This document shows, piece after piece, positions 14,240 through 27,249 of a stretch of DNA of 64,000 nucleotides. The notes below the pieces were generated by a model. The model saw only the letters and a list, made by a program, of their open reading frames with translations. It was not told where the DNA came from and searched no databases. The stretch is from positions 4,092,001 to 4,156,000 of the forward strand of contig OX597820.1 of assembly GCA_951406725.2 (NCBI GenBank), read 5' to 3'. The position numbers were made by a program, and so were the translations under genes. How positions within the stretch are numbered: the first letter of the stretch is position 1; the number at the start of each line of letters is the position of its first letter. The DNA is from Octopus vulgaris. Its lineage: Eukaryota.

Positions 14240-15155
14240 TATGAACTGGAGGGTCAACCTTAGGAATGAGTAATATCTCCACTTGCCCATATGCTAGAGC
14301 ATAACAGACTGGACCTAGTGGAGGTGGTGGACAAAGTGCACCACATATGCTATATAGTTGATGTTGCTTGCCCCTTTGACCCATGAATAGTCAAGAAGGA
14401 AGGCAAAGAAATAGATAGATACAACCCTCTTAAGTACAAAATAGCCCAGCTATGGAACATGAAGAATGTGAAGATAGTGCCAATTATTTTTCGGTGCTTA
14501 GGGACAATATCAGAAGGCATCAAGAGGACTATAAAAGGAAATCGGAACAGTAGAACTGTTGCAAAAGGTTTGCCTTCTTGGCACGGCCAATCAGGAAAGT
14601 ATTAGACAGCTGGAAAGAATGGATAGCATGGTACCATAGACTGCAGGCAGAATGCCTGCTATGCACATAAGATTCCAGGAGCTCCAATAAAACCTGTGAT
14701 AAAGGGAAATAATAATAATAATGATCCAGAGTGATCCAGTGTGATCACCTGACCAGACATTGGAAACCGGACTTTGTTGTGGTGAATAAAAAAGAAAGAA
14801 CAAGTGTGATAATCGACATAGCATGTCCCAGTGACAACAGGATCAGTGTGAAAGAAGAAGAAATAAACAACTAGGATGATTTGAAGTTGGAAATATGAAG
14901 GTTGGGATCAATGAAGAGAGCAGATGTGATGCCAAGAGTAATTGATGCAGTTTGGAAGTATCAGCACTCAACTACCAACATGGCTGAAATGTAAAGGTAG
15001 AACACCTACAAAAACCAGCATTGCTTGGAACTGCAAGAATTCTTTGCAGGATTCTTGAAGTATGACCAGTAAACAAGTGTCACCTTAGTCTGCTGCCTGT
15101 GGACAGCTGACCCTTTCCATCGTACCCAGCAAAATAAGCTGTGAGTTTTCATCAC

Positions 15156-15157
<2 letters not shown>
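14240..15157 (+). mobile_element. Two R4/Dong-like LINE 3' fragments (restriction-like endonuclease) within (TAA)n
   Basis: Decayed frames read RLDLV..DK..ICYIVDVACPFD and KPDFVVVNKKERTSVIIDIACPSD. Each fragment is bounded by (TAA)n runs. Confidence 0.7.
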
Positions 15158-15205
<48 letters not shown>

Positions 15206-15206
<1 letters not shown>

Positions 15207-16165
15207 TTACATTTATGTATTTGTTTTGCAAGATTCTTGATGTGAACTAGTGTATTGAAACAGATATTGTTGTATTTGGGTGGGATGGTCATGTTGCCAG
15301 TTTAGCCAATGAAAACACACGCACTATTTATTTGGTGTTTGCTTGATTCAGCTTTATTTCATATTAATTGTATTTCAGCCAGAGTTCTTTCATCACACTT
15401 CTGTGACCTCATCAGTGGTCCTTTGCTTTCTTCTTTCGTTTTTGTGTCTTTCCTTCCTAACGATCTGACATTTTGTATTCCTGTTGTAAATGTCTTTATT
15501 TGCACATGCGTATATCTGTGTGTGTGTGGGGGGGGGTGTATGGTACCTGCATTATCAGTATCCCCTGTTTATTCATGTTTGTTTTTATCTACTTACTTTT
15601 TCTTTTTTTTATTAGTTTATCATATTTTGTTTATGTTTTTAATTACTTAATTCCATTCATTTATCTATCTGTTGTATTAGTTTCTTATTATCATTAGTTT
15701 ATGGGGATCTTATTCTGTCATCAGGTTCTGGTGTGGGGTGCTAGTGTTCCATTTTAGTTTTCTATTTAGGTTAGGTTTATCTTCTATTATGTGTGTAGTT
15801 TCCATAATTTGTCTAAGCGTTGCATCCGTTCTGTGTGTGGACAAGATTTTTACTTTTATGTTGTTGAGTGAGCCCCTGTTTTCCCACTCATTGTGTTGGC
15901 ATAGTACTGACAAGCTCTTCTCTTCTTTGAGTTCCCTCCAATGCTCATTAACCCGCACTTCTACACTACATGCTGTCTCCCCTATGTATGTCATTGTCTT
16001 GTTTCTGCACTGTCCCTCTGTACATCTTATTCTGTAGACTACATTTCTAGCTTTACAGTATGTTAATAGGCTAACTCTACATACAATACAGTTCCTATCA
16101 GAGCAGGGGGTTCTTTTAATGGAACCCCCTGTACTTGTTATATAACCTTTAGAAACATACTTCAA
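15206..16165 (-). mobile_element. Penelope-like element 3' remnant (GIY-YIG endonuclease + pLTR)
   Basis: ORF 15710-16165 has CIVC...NVVYRIRC...YIGET...RVNEH...LN (GIY-YIG with Cys motif). An HHR lies downstream. A pLTR fragment recurs in opposite orientation at ~728-840. Confidence 0.8.
15379..15418 (-). ncRNA. Degenerate minimal hammerhead in the 3' pLTR of the Penelope remnant
   Basis: Minus strand reads CCA CTGATGA g GTCAC agaagt GTGAT GAAA GAAC TC TGG, ~300 nt downstream of the GIY-YIG ORF. Confidence 0.6.
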
Positions 16166-16239
16166 TGCATGTGAAATATCAATTGACTTTATTATTCAAA
16201 TCCCTCTACATACATACATACATACATACATACATACAT

Positions 16240-16272
<33 letters not shown>

Positions 16273-17371
16273 TACATACATACATACATACATACTGTGT
16301 TTGGACTGGGATATTGCCATCATTGCTGTTGTCGTGCTTCTGTTGAAATTAAGGAGTTTCATATTGTAGCCATGTGGGAACTTTGACAAAATCTCTTAAC
16401 ATTAAAATTTACAATGAAAACACAAACCAACAAAATTCACACAGTATTATTTACTATTTATTGAAAGGTGCTCTGGTGAAATACATATAAAAACAAGACA
16501 TCCAGTTAAGAATTAACAAACTGCTGTTCAGCATTTACATAAGAACAATAAAATAGAAAATTTATGGTTTATCTAATTGTTTTTGAAATCTAATATTGTT
16601 ATAGGGTTTTAAACAATAAGCAAAAAGCCAGCATATAGGGAAGACAAACATGTAAGCATGTTGGCACTCTCAGAAATGGTACTTTGGGAGCAACAGCAGA
16701 ATGTGTGACTAAGTGTATTTTAATGTTTTGTTTCTATCTTTCATTTTAATTGTCTTGGCACGTCCTCTTTAAGTGACATTGAGGTTAATAAAAGAAGGAT
16801 GAAGAATACTCAAAAACAGAGATGGTACATTTTATTCTTCTCGCCATACAGCGATATTCATCCTCATCATCATCATCATTTAGCGTCCGCTTTCCATGCT
16901 AGCATGGGTTGGACGGTTCAACTGGGGTCTGTGAAGCCAGAAGGCTGCATCAGGCCCAGTCTGATCTGGCAGTGTTTCTACGGCTGGATGCCCTTCCTAA
17001 CGCCAACCACTCCGTGAGTGTAGTGGGTGCTTTTTATGTGCCACCCGCACAGGTGCCAGACGGAGCTGGCAAACGGCCACGGACGGATGGTGCTTTTTAC
17101 GTGCCACCGGTGAGAATAAAGAATTTTATATTGAACGGCTTGAAAATAAAGGACAATATTTTATTTTGTGATCTGGTAAGGGAAACTACTGAAGTAGGAA
17201 AAGATCAGGTTAATAAAATGAAATAAAAATAATGTTCAGAAGTTCTCGATTAAATTCGGTTACAAAAAGAACCTGGAAGAATGTTTCTTCGTTAAAACTA
17301 AAAGCTGAGCTAACTATGAAGAAGTATCTTCATATGCGATATTTGAATTATTTCAATGAAAATTGAATGTA

Positions 17372-18318
17372 CACAGACATGCAGGAAGTAAATAGACACC
17401 TTTAAGTTTCAAAATTTCTGATCTAAGCATCTTATTATGTTTTCAGCGGTGTAGAATTTACAATGTAATTATTCTTTTTCATTCCAGGTACCATTATATT
17501 AAACATTTGCAAAGAGTATCCATGCCACACACAAAAAACCAGCAGAACTGTCAGATTTTCAAAGAGGTTGTATTGTTGGGCAATCTGAGGCTGGCGAAAA
17601 ATTACTGAAAATCTTCAAATTCCTCTTGCTACTGTTAATAGAATTATAATGCAATTCAAAAGCCAAGGAAAAGCATCAACAGATTCTCTTCCCGGCTGAC
17701 CTGGGCCCTCGGAAAGGAAGCTTCGCTGTTTGAAGAGAATTGTAGAAAATGAACCCCGTTCAAAGGTTTCTGACATTGCAAAACAGCCAGAAGTTAGTCC
17801 AAGAATGTGTGTTACATATCTACATAAGCTTGTGGACGAGCAGCTAGAAGAAAAGCTCTCCTTCAACCAAGTAATATCAAATAAAAGGGCACGTAAAAAG
17901 CACCATTTGAGCATGATCGTTACCAGCGTCGCCTTACTGGCACTTGTGTAGGTGGTACGTGAACAAAATATTCGAGCAAGGTTATTGCCAGTGCCGCTGG
18001 ACTGACACCTGTGCAGGTAGCATGTAAAAAACACCATTTGAGCCCTGGTTGTTGCCAGTACCGCCAGACTGGCCCTCGTGCCAGTGGCATGTAAAAGCAC
18101 CCACTATACTCTTGGAGTGGTTGGCATTTGGAAGGGCATCTAGCTGTAGAAACTCTGCCAGATCAGATTGGATCCTGGTGCAGCCATCTGGTTCGCCAGA
18201 CCTCAGTCAAATCGTCCAACCCATGCTAGCATGGAAAGCAGACATTAAATGATGATGATGATGATGATGAAAAGATTTTGAAAATTAAAGGTGTCTATTT
18301 ACTTCCTGCATGTCTTTG
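17372..18318 (+). mobile_element. Tc1-like transposon relic with RTE tail inserted
   Basis: ~33-bp TIRs (CACAGACATGCAGGAAGTAAATAGACACCTTTAA and its reverse complement), TA on the left, N-terminal ELSDFQRGCIVG. Confidence 0.85.
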
Positions 18319-20347
18319 TCCATTTAACTTTCTGGCATCGTTGGAATTAATTCAGCGATATGGTTATAAAAGAACCAATGGACTTGATGAATCCCAACAC
18401 ATATTCAGACCAAAAAGCTTGGAGGTGTTGTGAACGATGGCATTGTCAGAAAATATTAGACAAAATTGTTTCTTCTCTGGATCTTAAATCTCATTCTCTT
18501 GCATTGTAGATCAACTGTTGACTGTAAACAATATGCTATTGTGAAGCAGGTTGATGTCGTTAGAGAAGCAATATTTGATTGGAAAAACTAATTTAGAGCT
18601 ATGAGTGCTGTGTGGTATAACGACCATCCACTCATACTAATGGTCAACTGAAACTGTTTACATAATTTGTTAAATGCCTTCGACAGTGCCATCCTCTTCA
18701 ATTTGTATATGTTAGTTTATTAGTAGACAAACTACTACAGAATAATTAAAACAACTTTGCAAAATACTGGATTTTACGATTACCGTTTTGTTACAAAAGG
18801 TTTGGGGTCTTTTAATTTGGCTGCCAGTCTTCAGCCTCTTCAATTCCTCCTTGAATTGATTTCATATTTGGGGCAATGATATGGTTTTATATGCTAATCT
18901 CTGCTTTGAAATTCATTTTCGCAATAAGTCAATAAATAAGAAGTTCTTATCCTTTAAAGTTTGAACATTTGGGGTAATTTTAGCCAATCATAAGCCACAG
19001 ATACATTCATGCTTGTTTCCATTGTAACAAGCCAAGCATGAGAACTCTTTTGTCTGCAAGATAGCACATATTGACAAATATTTTAGCACCTCATTGAGGT
19101 GCTAAGATAATAACCAAATAGGTGTTCAATCACTCATCAAAAAATGTTTTGTTTTGTCTTTGGATGATTGCATGAATTCCCATGAGTAGAATACAAATTT
19201 GAAAAGTTCTCTGAAAATTCCAGAAAATAAAAAAGTTATGAGGAGTTCTAAGGTGTTTGTAGAGCAGAAGTTGATTTGTCAACAGTTGACAACACGTGCT
19301 GTCGCGTGCAAAATGATAGCTCCTGAATAAAAGACAGGATGGACACAGATGGAACGTCTTTGATCATGGGTCTACTGGATCAGAACCAACCTGGGACTAA
19401 ACAGCAATAACAAGGAAGGACACATTAGATCATGTAGTCCTAGATACACTATGTCTGAATAAAAGACAAGATAGTCATAGTTGAGACAGCTTTCATCATG
19501 GTCAGCCCTGCTGGATCAGGACTGACCTTGGGCTAAACAAGAAGAAGGAAGGACATATTAGAAAGTGAAATATCTCCTGAGAATCAGCATGGAAAACTAC
19601 ATTAACGTACCAAATTTTCAAATTTTCAAATTTTCAAAATTTGGCAGCCAAACTGAAGAGATCCAAGGCTCGTATTACTTTTATTCCAAAAAAAACAATT
19701 CTTCCACACTGCTCAAGTTTCCGGTAAATGATGATCTCTGCTGACTTTTGTAGTTTCAGGTTCCAAATCACAAAATACATGCTCACCCATTTGCAGGGCA
19801 ATTTGGTCCAGAAATACCTTCTAGAAGCTCCCTGTATGGCTTCGTATACGCACTATATCTCTGTGTTTATGATTTACCAGTGTCTGAGTCGTGCTCCTTA
19901 TGTGAAAGCGAAACTTAGCAATTCAGCAAACAGCAAATGATAGAATAAGTGCCAAGCTGGAATATTGGATTGACAAGATAGAGAAAGTGTCTTGATGGTG
20001 GTGCCCCAGCATGGCCTAAACACAATGAGTGAAACAAGTAAATGAATATTTTTAAGGTTTAGACAAGTGATGAAATTTATAAGCATTTATTGCAGTGGAC
20101 GATGTTTACTGATAATGGTCAACAGAATCAACAATTGGTAATAATAGACAAATGGTCAAAATAGTCGTGTTATAGTTGGTTTTCATCTTTGACTTTTCTT
20201 CTGGTGGGAAATTGTATTTTCCCCCTCAATGCTGCATGCTGTTGTCATTTTAACTTGAAACATCGTTCCATTTGATCCCTGTAAGTCAAATAATAGCCAG
20301 CGGTCAGCACAGACAAACATAATGTCGCCCAAAACTTCCCAAATCTA

Positions 20348-20358
20348 TCAATCATCAT
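20348..20358 (-). CDS. Tentative terminal coding exon (DDD*), followed by 3' UTR with AATAAA at 20091-20086
   Basis: Good acceptor TTCTTTCCACAG. Phase-1 reading G|AT GAT GAT TGA closes a 1221-nt CDS. A polyA signal lies ~260 nt downstream. No independent support. Confidence 0.45.
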
Positions 20359-21325
20359 CTGTGGAAAGAATTTATAAAACAAAAAATTTAAACACACTCA
20401 ATTACTTCAATGCTATGATTATCTTGTAGAAACAGATAAAATTTTAAACACTATATATTAATATATAATCAGTACCAAGGTGGGAAGCTGACAGAAATGC
20501 TAGCATGTTGGGTGAAATGCTTAGTGGTATTTTGTTTGGCGGCAAGCTGGCAGAATTGTTAGCATACCGGCCAAAATGCTTAGTGGTTTTTCATCTGCCG
20601 TTACGTTCTGAGTTCAAATTCCGCTGAGGTCAACTTTGCCTTTCATCCTTTCAGGGTCGATAAATTAAGTACCAGTTACACACTGGGGTCGATGTAATTG
20701 ACTTAATACCTTTGTCTGTCCTTGTTTGTCCCCTCTATGTTTAGTCCCTTGTGGGTAAAGAAATAGGTATTTTGTTTGTCTTTACATTCTGAGTTCAAAT
20801 TCCGTCAAGGTCAACTTTAAATTTCATCCTTATGGGGTCGATAAATTAAGTACCAGTTGCGTACTGGGGTTGATCTAATTGACTGGCCCCCTCCCCCAAA
20901 ATTTTGGGCCTTGTGCCTTGAGTAGAAAAGAACATATAATTAATACCTTCTGCACTAATGTTTCTTAAATATATCGAACAAATAATCAACAGACGCAGAA
21001 GTGGCTGTGTAGTAAGAAGCTTGCTTTCCAACCACATGGTTCCAGGTTCAGTCCCACTGCATGGTACCTCGAGCAAGTGTCTTCTACTATAACCTCGCAC
21101 TGACCAAAGCTTCGTGAGTGAACTTGGTAGATGGAAACATGTATGTATGTATGTATGTATTTGCATGTCTGTGTTTGTCCCCCACCATCGCTTGACAACC
21201 ACTGTTGGTGTGTTCATGTCCCTGTAACCTAGCAGTTCAGCAAAAGAGACTGATAGAATGAGTACTAGGCTTGTGACTTTTCTTCTGGAGGAAAACTGTA
21301 TTTTTCTCCTCAATGCTGCATGATG

Positions 21326-21524
21326 TTGTCATTTTAAGCCCAAGTTGTCATTTGGTCCAATTTGTCATTTTAAGCCCAAGTTGTCATTTGGTCCAATTTG
21401 TCATTTTAAGCCCAAGTTGTCATTTGGTCCAATTTGTCATTTTAAGCCCAAGTTGTCATTTGGTCCAATTTGTCATTTTAAGTCCAAGTTGTCATTTGGT
21501 CCAATTTGTCATTTTAAGTCCAAG
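21326..21524. repeat. 36-bp tandem repeat, 5.5 copies
   Basis: Unit TTGTCATTTTAAGCCCAAGTTGTCATTTGGTCCAAT. Confidence 0.95.
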
Positions 21525-21569
21525 TAAGTCAAATAGTGGTCAGTGGTGAACACATACATGCTGGTATCT

Positions 21570-23000
21570 AAATCCATTACCATACGACAGGAAAGTCTTT
21601 CAACATTTATCATTTTACTGCTGCATCCAAATCCTCCATGGCACTCATTTGTCATCTGAATGCTGGCGGTTGTGATCTCGTAACTCACCCTGAAGAGGAT
21701 CTGTGACCACTTGTCAGCCATGTGTGACTTTAGAGAAGATTGCAATTATACTGCAACCAATACCAGGGCAAACCATACATCCAACCATTGATATATGTCA
21801 TGGGTGAAAAGCTAAAAGTCATGGATATGTTAGTCTGCCCTGGTAGTACACTCTCTATATTTAATACACCAGACGAAGAGGTTGGTTATAGAATTTCTAA
21901 GGTCTATGGTGTGTTTGGAAAGCTTGAATTGAGGCTTTGGTTGCAATTAGACATGAAAGTAGCCATGAAATTTGTGGTCTATGAAGGACGTGTCTTAACA
22001 GTGCTCTTGTATGGACGCAAGACCTTGTAAGTCTATTTCTTTATTACCCAGAAGGGGCTAAACACAAAGAGGACAAACAAGGACAGACAAATGGACTACT
22101 TTTTTAATTGACCCCGAAAGGATGAAAGGCAAAGTCGACCTTGGTGGAATTTGAACTCAGAGTGTAATGGCAAACAAAATACGGCTAAGCATTTCGTCCG
22201 GCGTGCTAACGGTTCTGCCAGCTCGCTGCCTTTAAACCTATTGAGGGAATTTTGAATGAGTTGAGCAATTCCATCAGCAATACCTGTGTAATGTCCTAAA
22301 GATCTCATGCTGACCGCATGTACCTGATACGAGAGTACTGCTGCCAATGGAGATGATGATAATGAGTTCTTTATTATGAAGCATTAATTTAAATGATTCG
22401 GTCATCTGGTTTGTTTAGAGGATACCTGCATGTCACAAGAGATGCCTTATGGTAGGCTGGAGTAAGGAAATTGTCCTTAGTGCAAGCCATGCAAGTATTT
22501 TGAAGACAATCTTAGACACACTTAAAAATATCAACACACCCGGGAAGATCTTGCATAGGATAGGGAGCTGTGGAGAAATCTGGTTGATACTGTTGTTAAA
22601 GAATCTCAAAACAACAGGGTTACATACACTGAGTGGAAATGTGCTGGTAAATATATGGAGGATGTGCGCCCTCTTCTTGTGAAGGGCATGAACAAGTCTC
22701 TTTCGTGTGACCTGTGTGGTGGTGTCTGCTTCTGAAAAGCGGACGAACCCAGCCACAAGAGAAGTCAAAGAAGTACCCCCATCTACCCATATGACACAAC
22801 TTCTATAGCAGAGTGTATGAGTCGGTCAGTTGACTCAGTCGGCATTGTAGATCCCACCACTATCCAGATGCTGCTGGACGGCTGACATGTGGTCAGTGTG
22901 GAATGATTTGTAAGTCCCTTGCAAGCCTTAGCTGCCATATGAGACATCATCAGTGATGGGGGTAGGCCAAACGTGAGATGTTGCTTAGAATGAAATGGTT
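21570..23000 (+). mobile_element. Old RTE/BovB-like LINE fragments, split by a SINE
   Basis: CDLVTHPEEDL, GEKLKV..GSTLS..DEEVGYRISK..FGKL, LLYG. Other old RTE pieces at ~32170-32600 (-), 39650-39950 (+), 56490-57130, 57960-58640 (+). Confidence 0.65.
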
Positions 23001-23049
23001 TTATTTCCACCATGCATGCATGCAGGCATGTCTGTGTATGTTTGTGTGT

Positions 23050-23755
23050 GTGTGTATTTATGCCATTGTTCACTTTTTTTTCAAGATTTCTTGCCAATGG
23101 AGAAAGAACTGGTTTCTAACCTTGATTCAAGGCTCCTTCACTGGAATTTTAACAGCAACAGCAGGGTATTTTTGTTTGTTTGTTTGTATGTATGTATGTA
23201 TGTGTGTGTGTGTGTATGTATGTATGTTATGTATGTATGTATGTATGTTATGTATGTATGTATGTATGTATGCATGTATGTATGTATTATGTACGTATGT
23301 ATGTATGTTTGTAAGTATGTATGTATTTATGTATACATTTTTGTATGTATGTATGTATGTATGTGCATATTTGTATGTTTTATGTATTTATTCTCATGCA
23401 TATAGTCGCATATCTAGACACGCTCATATATATTTAAATGCTAAACTTCTGGAAAGTTTTATAGATTTTTCCAGATTTTTCCAGATTTTTCCAGATTTTT
23501 CCAGATTTTTCCAGATTTGAAGTCTTCAAATCAACTTTCTCCTTTCTGGTTTTAAGAAGCCTAATTTCTCAAGATTGGTATTTAGGCAATGTGTTATATA
23601 TTCCAAGGTCCTAATAATTACAGTTATAAACCAGAACTTGTAATCTGGATAGAGTAACTGCAGATTTCTCAATAGTTCAGCATAGGTGTTCTCTTTTTCC
23701 TTGATCTTCAGCTTTATGTTAACATCCGTTGGGCAGCTAATTTCCATAACTGCAT
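23050..23755 (-). mobile_element. RLE-LINE 3' fragment
   Basis: EISCPTDVNIKLKIKEKENTYAELLRNLQLLYPDYKF is homologous to the C-terminus of ORF 61262-62251. Other copies at ~26755-27145 (-), 49330-49880 (+), 57130-57415 (-). Confidence 0.8.
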
Positions 23756-23872
23756 GTATGTATGTATGTAAGTGTGTGTATATGTATGCGTGTATGTATG
23801 CATGCATGCATGTATGTATGTGTGTGTATGTTTATATGTATGTGTGTGTGTATGTATGTATGTATGTATGTA

Positions 23873-23923
<51 letters not shown>

Positions 23924-24084
23924 CTGTTGTATTTATGTCTTTGACAAGTCGGCATCGTCCAAATGTGAATGACTGGTGTATGTAATGGAGCTGTTATGAG
24001 CGAATGAAATAACACCTGAGCTTCGTGCAGCATCAGTGCCACAGCTCAGTGATCGAAATGAGAAAGAAATGATGTTGTACTCAC

Positions 24085-24288
24085 CGGAACACTCTATGAA
24101 GACTTTAGACCATTTTGAAAACATCTGACACCAAGAGATGTGAGGCCCACCTTCAGAGGTAAAACCACTTCTACACTTGTAAGTCACACGACTCAGAAAT
24201 TTGTCAGGTACACTCAACCCATTTGTGATTTTTCCATTAACCATAAATTCAGTATAAGGTAACTCGGGAGGAGGACCACACTTGACAT
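24085..24288 (-). CDS. Exon 6: Sushi/CCP domain 4
   Basis: VKCGPPP...VTYKCRSGF...SWCQMFSKWSKVFIECS. TAG acceptor and donor G|GTGAGT. 204 nt, phase 1-1. Confidence 0.88.
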
Positions 24289-25668
24289 CTAATTTCAAGA
24301 AGAAAGCAACAATTAATTTGACGCAACAATTCAATAATGACTAAAAGAAAATATCAATAAAAAATATGGCAGCTAATTTCTACAGTAAAAGACCCATGAT
24401 ATATTCAAGGAATGATTGATATTTTATCCCTTTAGCTATACAGATGTAGCTCCTGTCGTTGATGGACTATCAAGTCATCTATCCGATGCCAGTGGACAGC
24501 GTGCTTTGTCACATGAAGCATGTCTACATGAATGATGTGACTAACGAATGGGGGTCACAATATTCTCACCTACAAGCTGTCTTTAAATTCCCTTCTTCTC
24601 CAATATAGACGACCCTCTTCATCGATCCGATGCCCTTAATGCACGTGCCCTGTGTGTTTGCCGGTCGGCAATGATATGGCGCAGTGGAGGGGACTCCCTT
24701 AAATTGCCAGATCTTTATTACTCTAGTGATGCTTCTAGTTCACACTTGAAGTGGTTCTTTTGCATGCATTGTCAGGACATCATCATCATCATCATCGTTT
24801 AATATCCGTTTTCCATGCTGGCATGGGTTGGACGGTTTGACTACTGCACACTCTACTGCATACACACACACACATGCATTACTGCACACAAACACACACT
24901 ACTGCATGTGCATACACATGCACTACTGCACACATGCACTACAGCACACACACATGCACTACTGCAGCCAGGAGGCTGCACCTAGCTCCAATCTGATCTG
25001 GCAAGGTCTCTACAGCTGGATGCCCTTCCTAATGCCAACCACTCCGAGAGTGTAGTGGGTGCTTTTTACATGCCACTGGTATGGGAGCCAGTCAGGCAGC
25101 ACTGGTATCGGTCACATTTGGGTGGTGCTTTTTACGTGCTACCAGCATAGAGAGCCAGTCAGGCGGCACTGGCAACGATGTTGTGAACTTGTGATATGAT
25201 TCACCTCTGATTTGGTTTGGATACATGATTCTGATAATCCACAAAGAATGGTGAAACATCCTAAATGGGATTTGGGGAAAGTTGTCTCACCTGTCCATAA
25301 CTTTCAGGTGTTTTAAGACCCAGCGGTTTGACAGAGTCAAATCCCTTTCGTCAAATCACAGCCTACCAACAAGACATTTGTGTTAAGTATGTATGGTTGA
25401 TAATGCTTATGCGTGTGTGTGTGCAGTAGTGCATGTGTGTGTATGCAGTAGTGTGTGTGTGTGTAGTAGAGTGTGTATGCAGTAGTGTGTGTGTATGTAG
25501 TATATGGGGGGACAAGCTATGTATATGGCTGTAGGAGAATGAATTGGAAATAAAAATATTTAAATTTAAATCAAGAAATTAAAATTAAAATTTTAAAAAA
25601 TTAAAATTAAATTTTTAAAATCTTTTAGGAATTAAAATTTTTAGAAAATTAAAAAAAAATTACATATA

Positions 25669-26555
25669 TAACGTGGTATGAAAAAGTTCTTGGATTAGTT
25701 CTGTAGTGCACCAACAGATGGCTCACATGGTTGCATGCACACTGAGAGCTAGCAGTGGCCTTCATGAGGCCGTGCACTGACATTGATGTGCTTACTTCAC
25801 AAGTTGTGAAATTTGTGTTTTTGTGATCATGTGTATGGGATAGTCTGCAATTTTTGTCATTGAAAGAAAGTTGGAACAAAGCGCCAATGTGAAATTTTGT
25901 GTTAAATTTGGGAAGTCTGTTACAGAGACATTCAGCATGCTTTGGTAAGTGGTCTGGAGGACGATGAGCAGTCTGGAGGACGGTGGGCAGTCTGGAGGAC
26001 AATGAGCAGTCTGGAGGACAATGAGCGGTCTGGAGGACAATGAGCGGTCTGGAGGACGATGAGCAGTCTGGAGGACGATGAGCAGTCTGAAGGACAATGA
26101 GCAGTCTGAAGGACGATGAGCAGTCTGGAGGACGATGAGCAGTCTGTAGGACGATGAGCAGTCTGGAGGACGATGAGCAGTCTGGAGGACAATGAGCAGT
26201 CTGGAGGACAATGAGTGGTCTGGAGGACGATGAGCAGTCTGGAGGACGATGAGCGGCTTGGAGGATGATGAGCAGTTTGGAATACGATGAGCGGTCTGGA
26301 GGACGATGAGCAGTCTGGAGGACTATGAACGATGTGGAGGACGATGAGCAGTCTGGAGGATGATGAGTGGTCTGGAAGATAATGAGCAGTCTGGAAGACC
26401 TGGCACACACAAGTCACCCCCAGAAATGTGGAGAAAATTCATGAGTTTGTACATGAAGATCATCGGAGGACAATCAATCAGATTGTTGATGTTGTTGGTC
26501 TGTTGTATCCAAGCAGGTAATCCTAACATCTGGATTTTTCATGACAACAATGCAC
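25669..26555 (+). mobile_element. mariner transposon relic containing an internal minisatellite
   Basis: EQSANVKFCVKFGKSVTETFSML (mariner HTH), LEDNEQSGRP, WIFHDNNAP. Confidence 0.8.
25950..26398. repeat. 19-bp tandem array (AGTCTGGAGGACGATGAGC), ~23 copies
   Basis: Directly visible, head-to-tail with no spacers. Confidence 0.95.
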
Positions 26556-27249
26556 CTTGTTTCAAATTCACTTACAAGGCATTGGTTGGCTGAAAGTGAT
26601 AGTAGAAGATACTTCCCCAAGGTCTCATGCAGAATAACTGAACATGAAACCAAGTGGATACCAAGAGAACTTCTTCACCACACATCTATACACACATATA
26701 AAATATACGTGCATATTTGTGTGTATGTACATTCTCATATATGTATATGTATTTATGTCATTATTCAGTTTTATTTCAAGATTTCTTGTCAATAGAGAAA
26801 GAACTGGTTTCTAACTTTGATTCAAGGCTCCTTCATTGGAATTTCAACATCAACAACAGGGTATTTTTGTAAGCATGTATATATGTATATGCACAGATTT
26901 GTATGTTTCATTTTATGTATGTATTCTCATGCATATAGCCACATATCTAGACATGCTCATATATATTTAAATGATAAACTTCTGGTAAGTTTTAAATATT
27001 TTTACAGTTCCAGTGATGGCTTTAGATCTGTAGTCTTCGAATTAGCGTTCACCTTTCTGGTTTTGAGAAGCCTAATTTCTCAAGATTGGCATTTAGGCAG
27101 TGTGTTACATATCCCAGGGCCCCAATAATTACAGGTATAAACCTGATGTATGTATGTATGGTGCTTGTGTGTTTGTGTATCTATGTCTCTGTTGTGTTTA
27201 TGTCTTTGACAATGTGATTGAGATGAGAAAGAAATGATGTTGTACTTAC

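Noticed and set aside
21509-21745. Alternative terminal exon (CAG|ATGACAAATGA)
   Set aside because: Lies on the antisense strand of a decayed RTE RT segment and has a weak polypyrimidine tract.
23095-23145. TGAAGGA-hairpin-GAAA motif in the RLE-LINE 3' UTR
   Set aside because: The hairpin is real, but the core lacks CUGA or a compensated variant and stem I is unconvincing.
25950-26398. CRISPR-like regular array (also the 36-bp array at 21326)
   Set aside because: No unique spacers, no cas genes, eukaryotic context.
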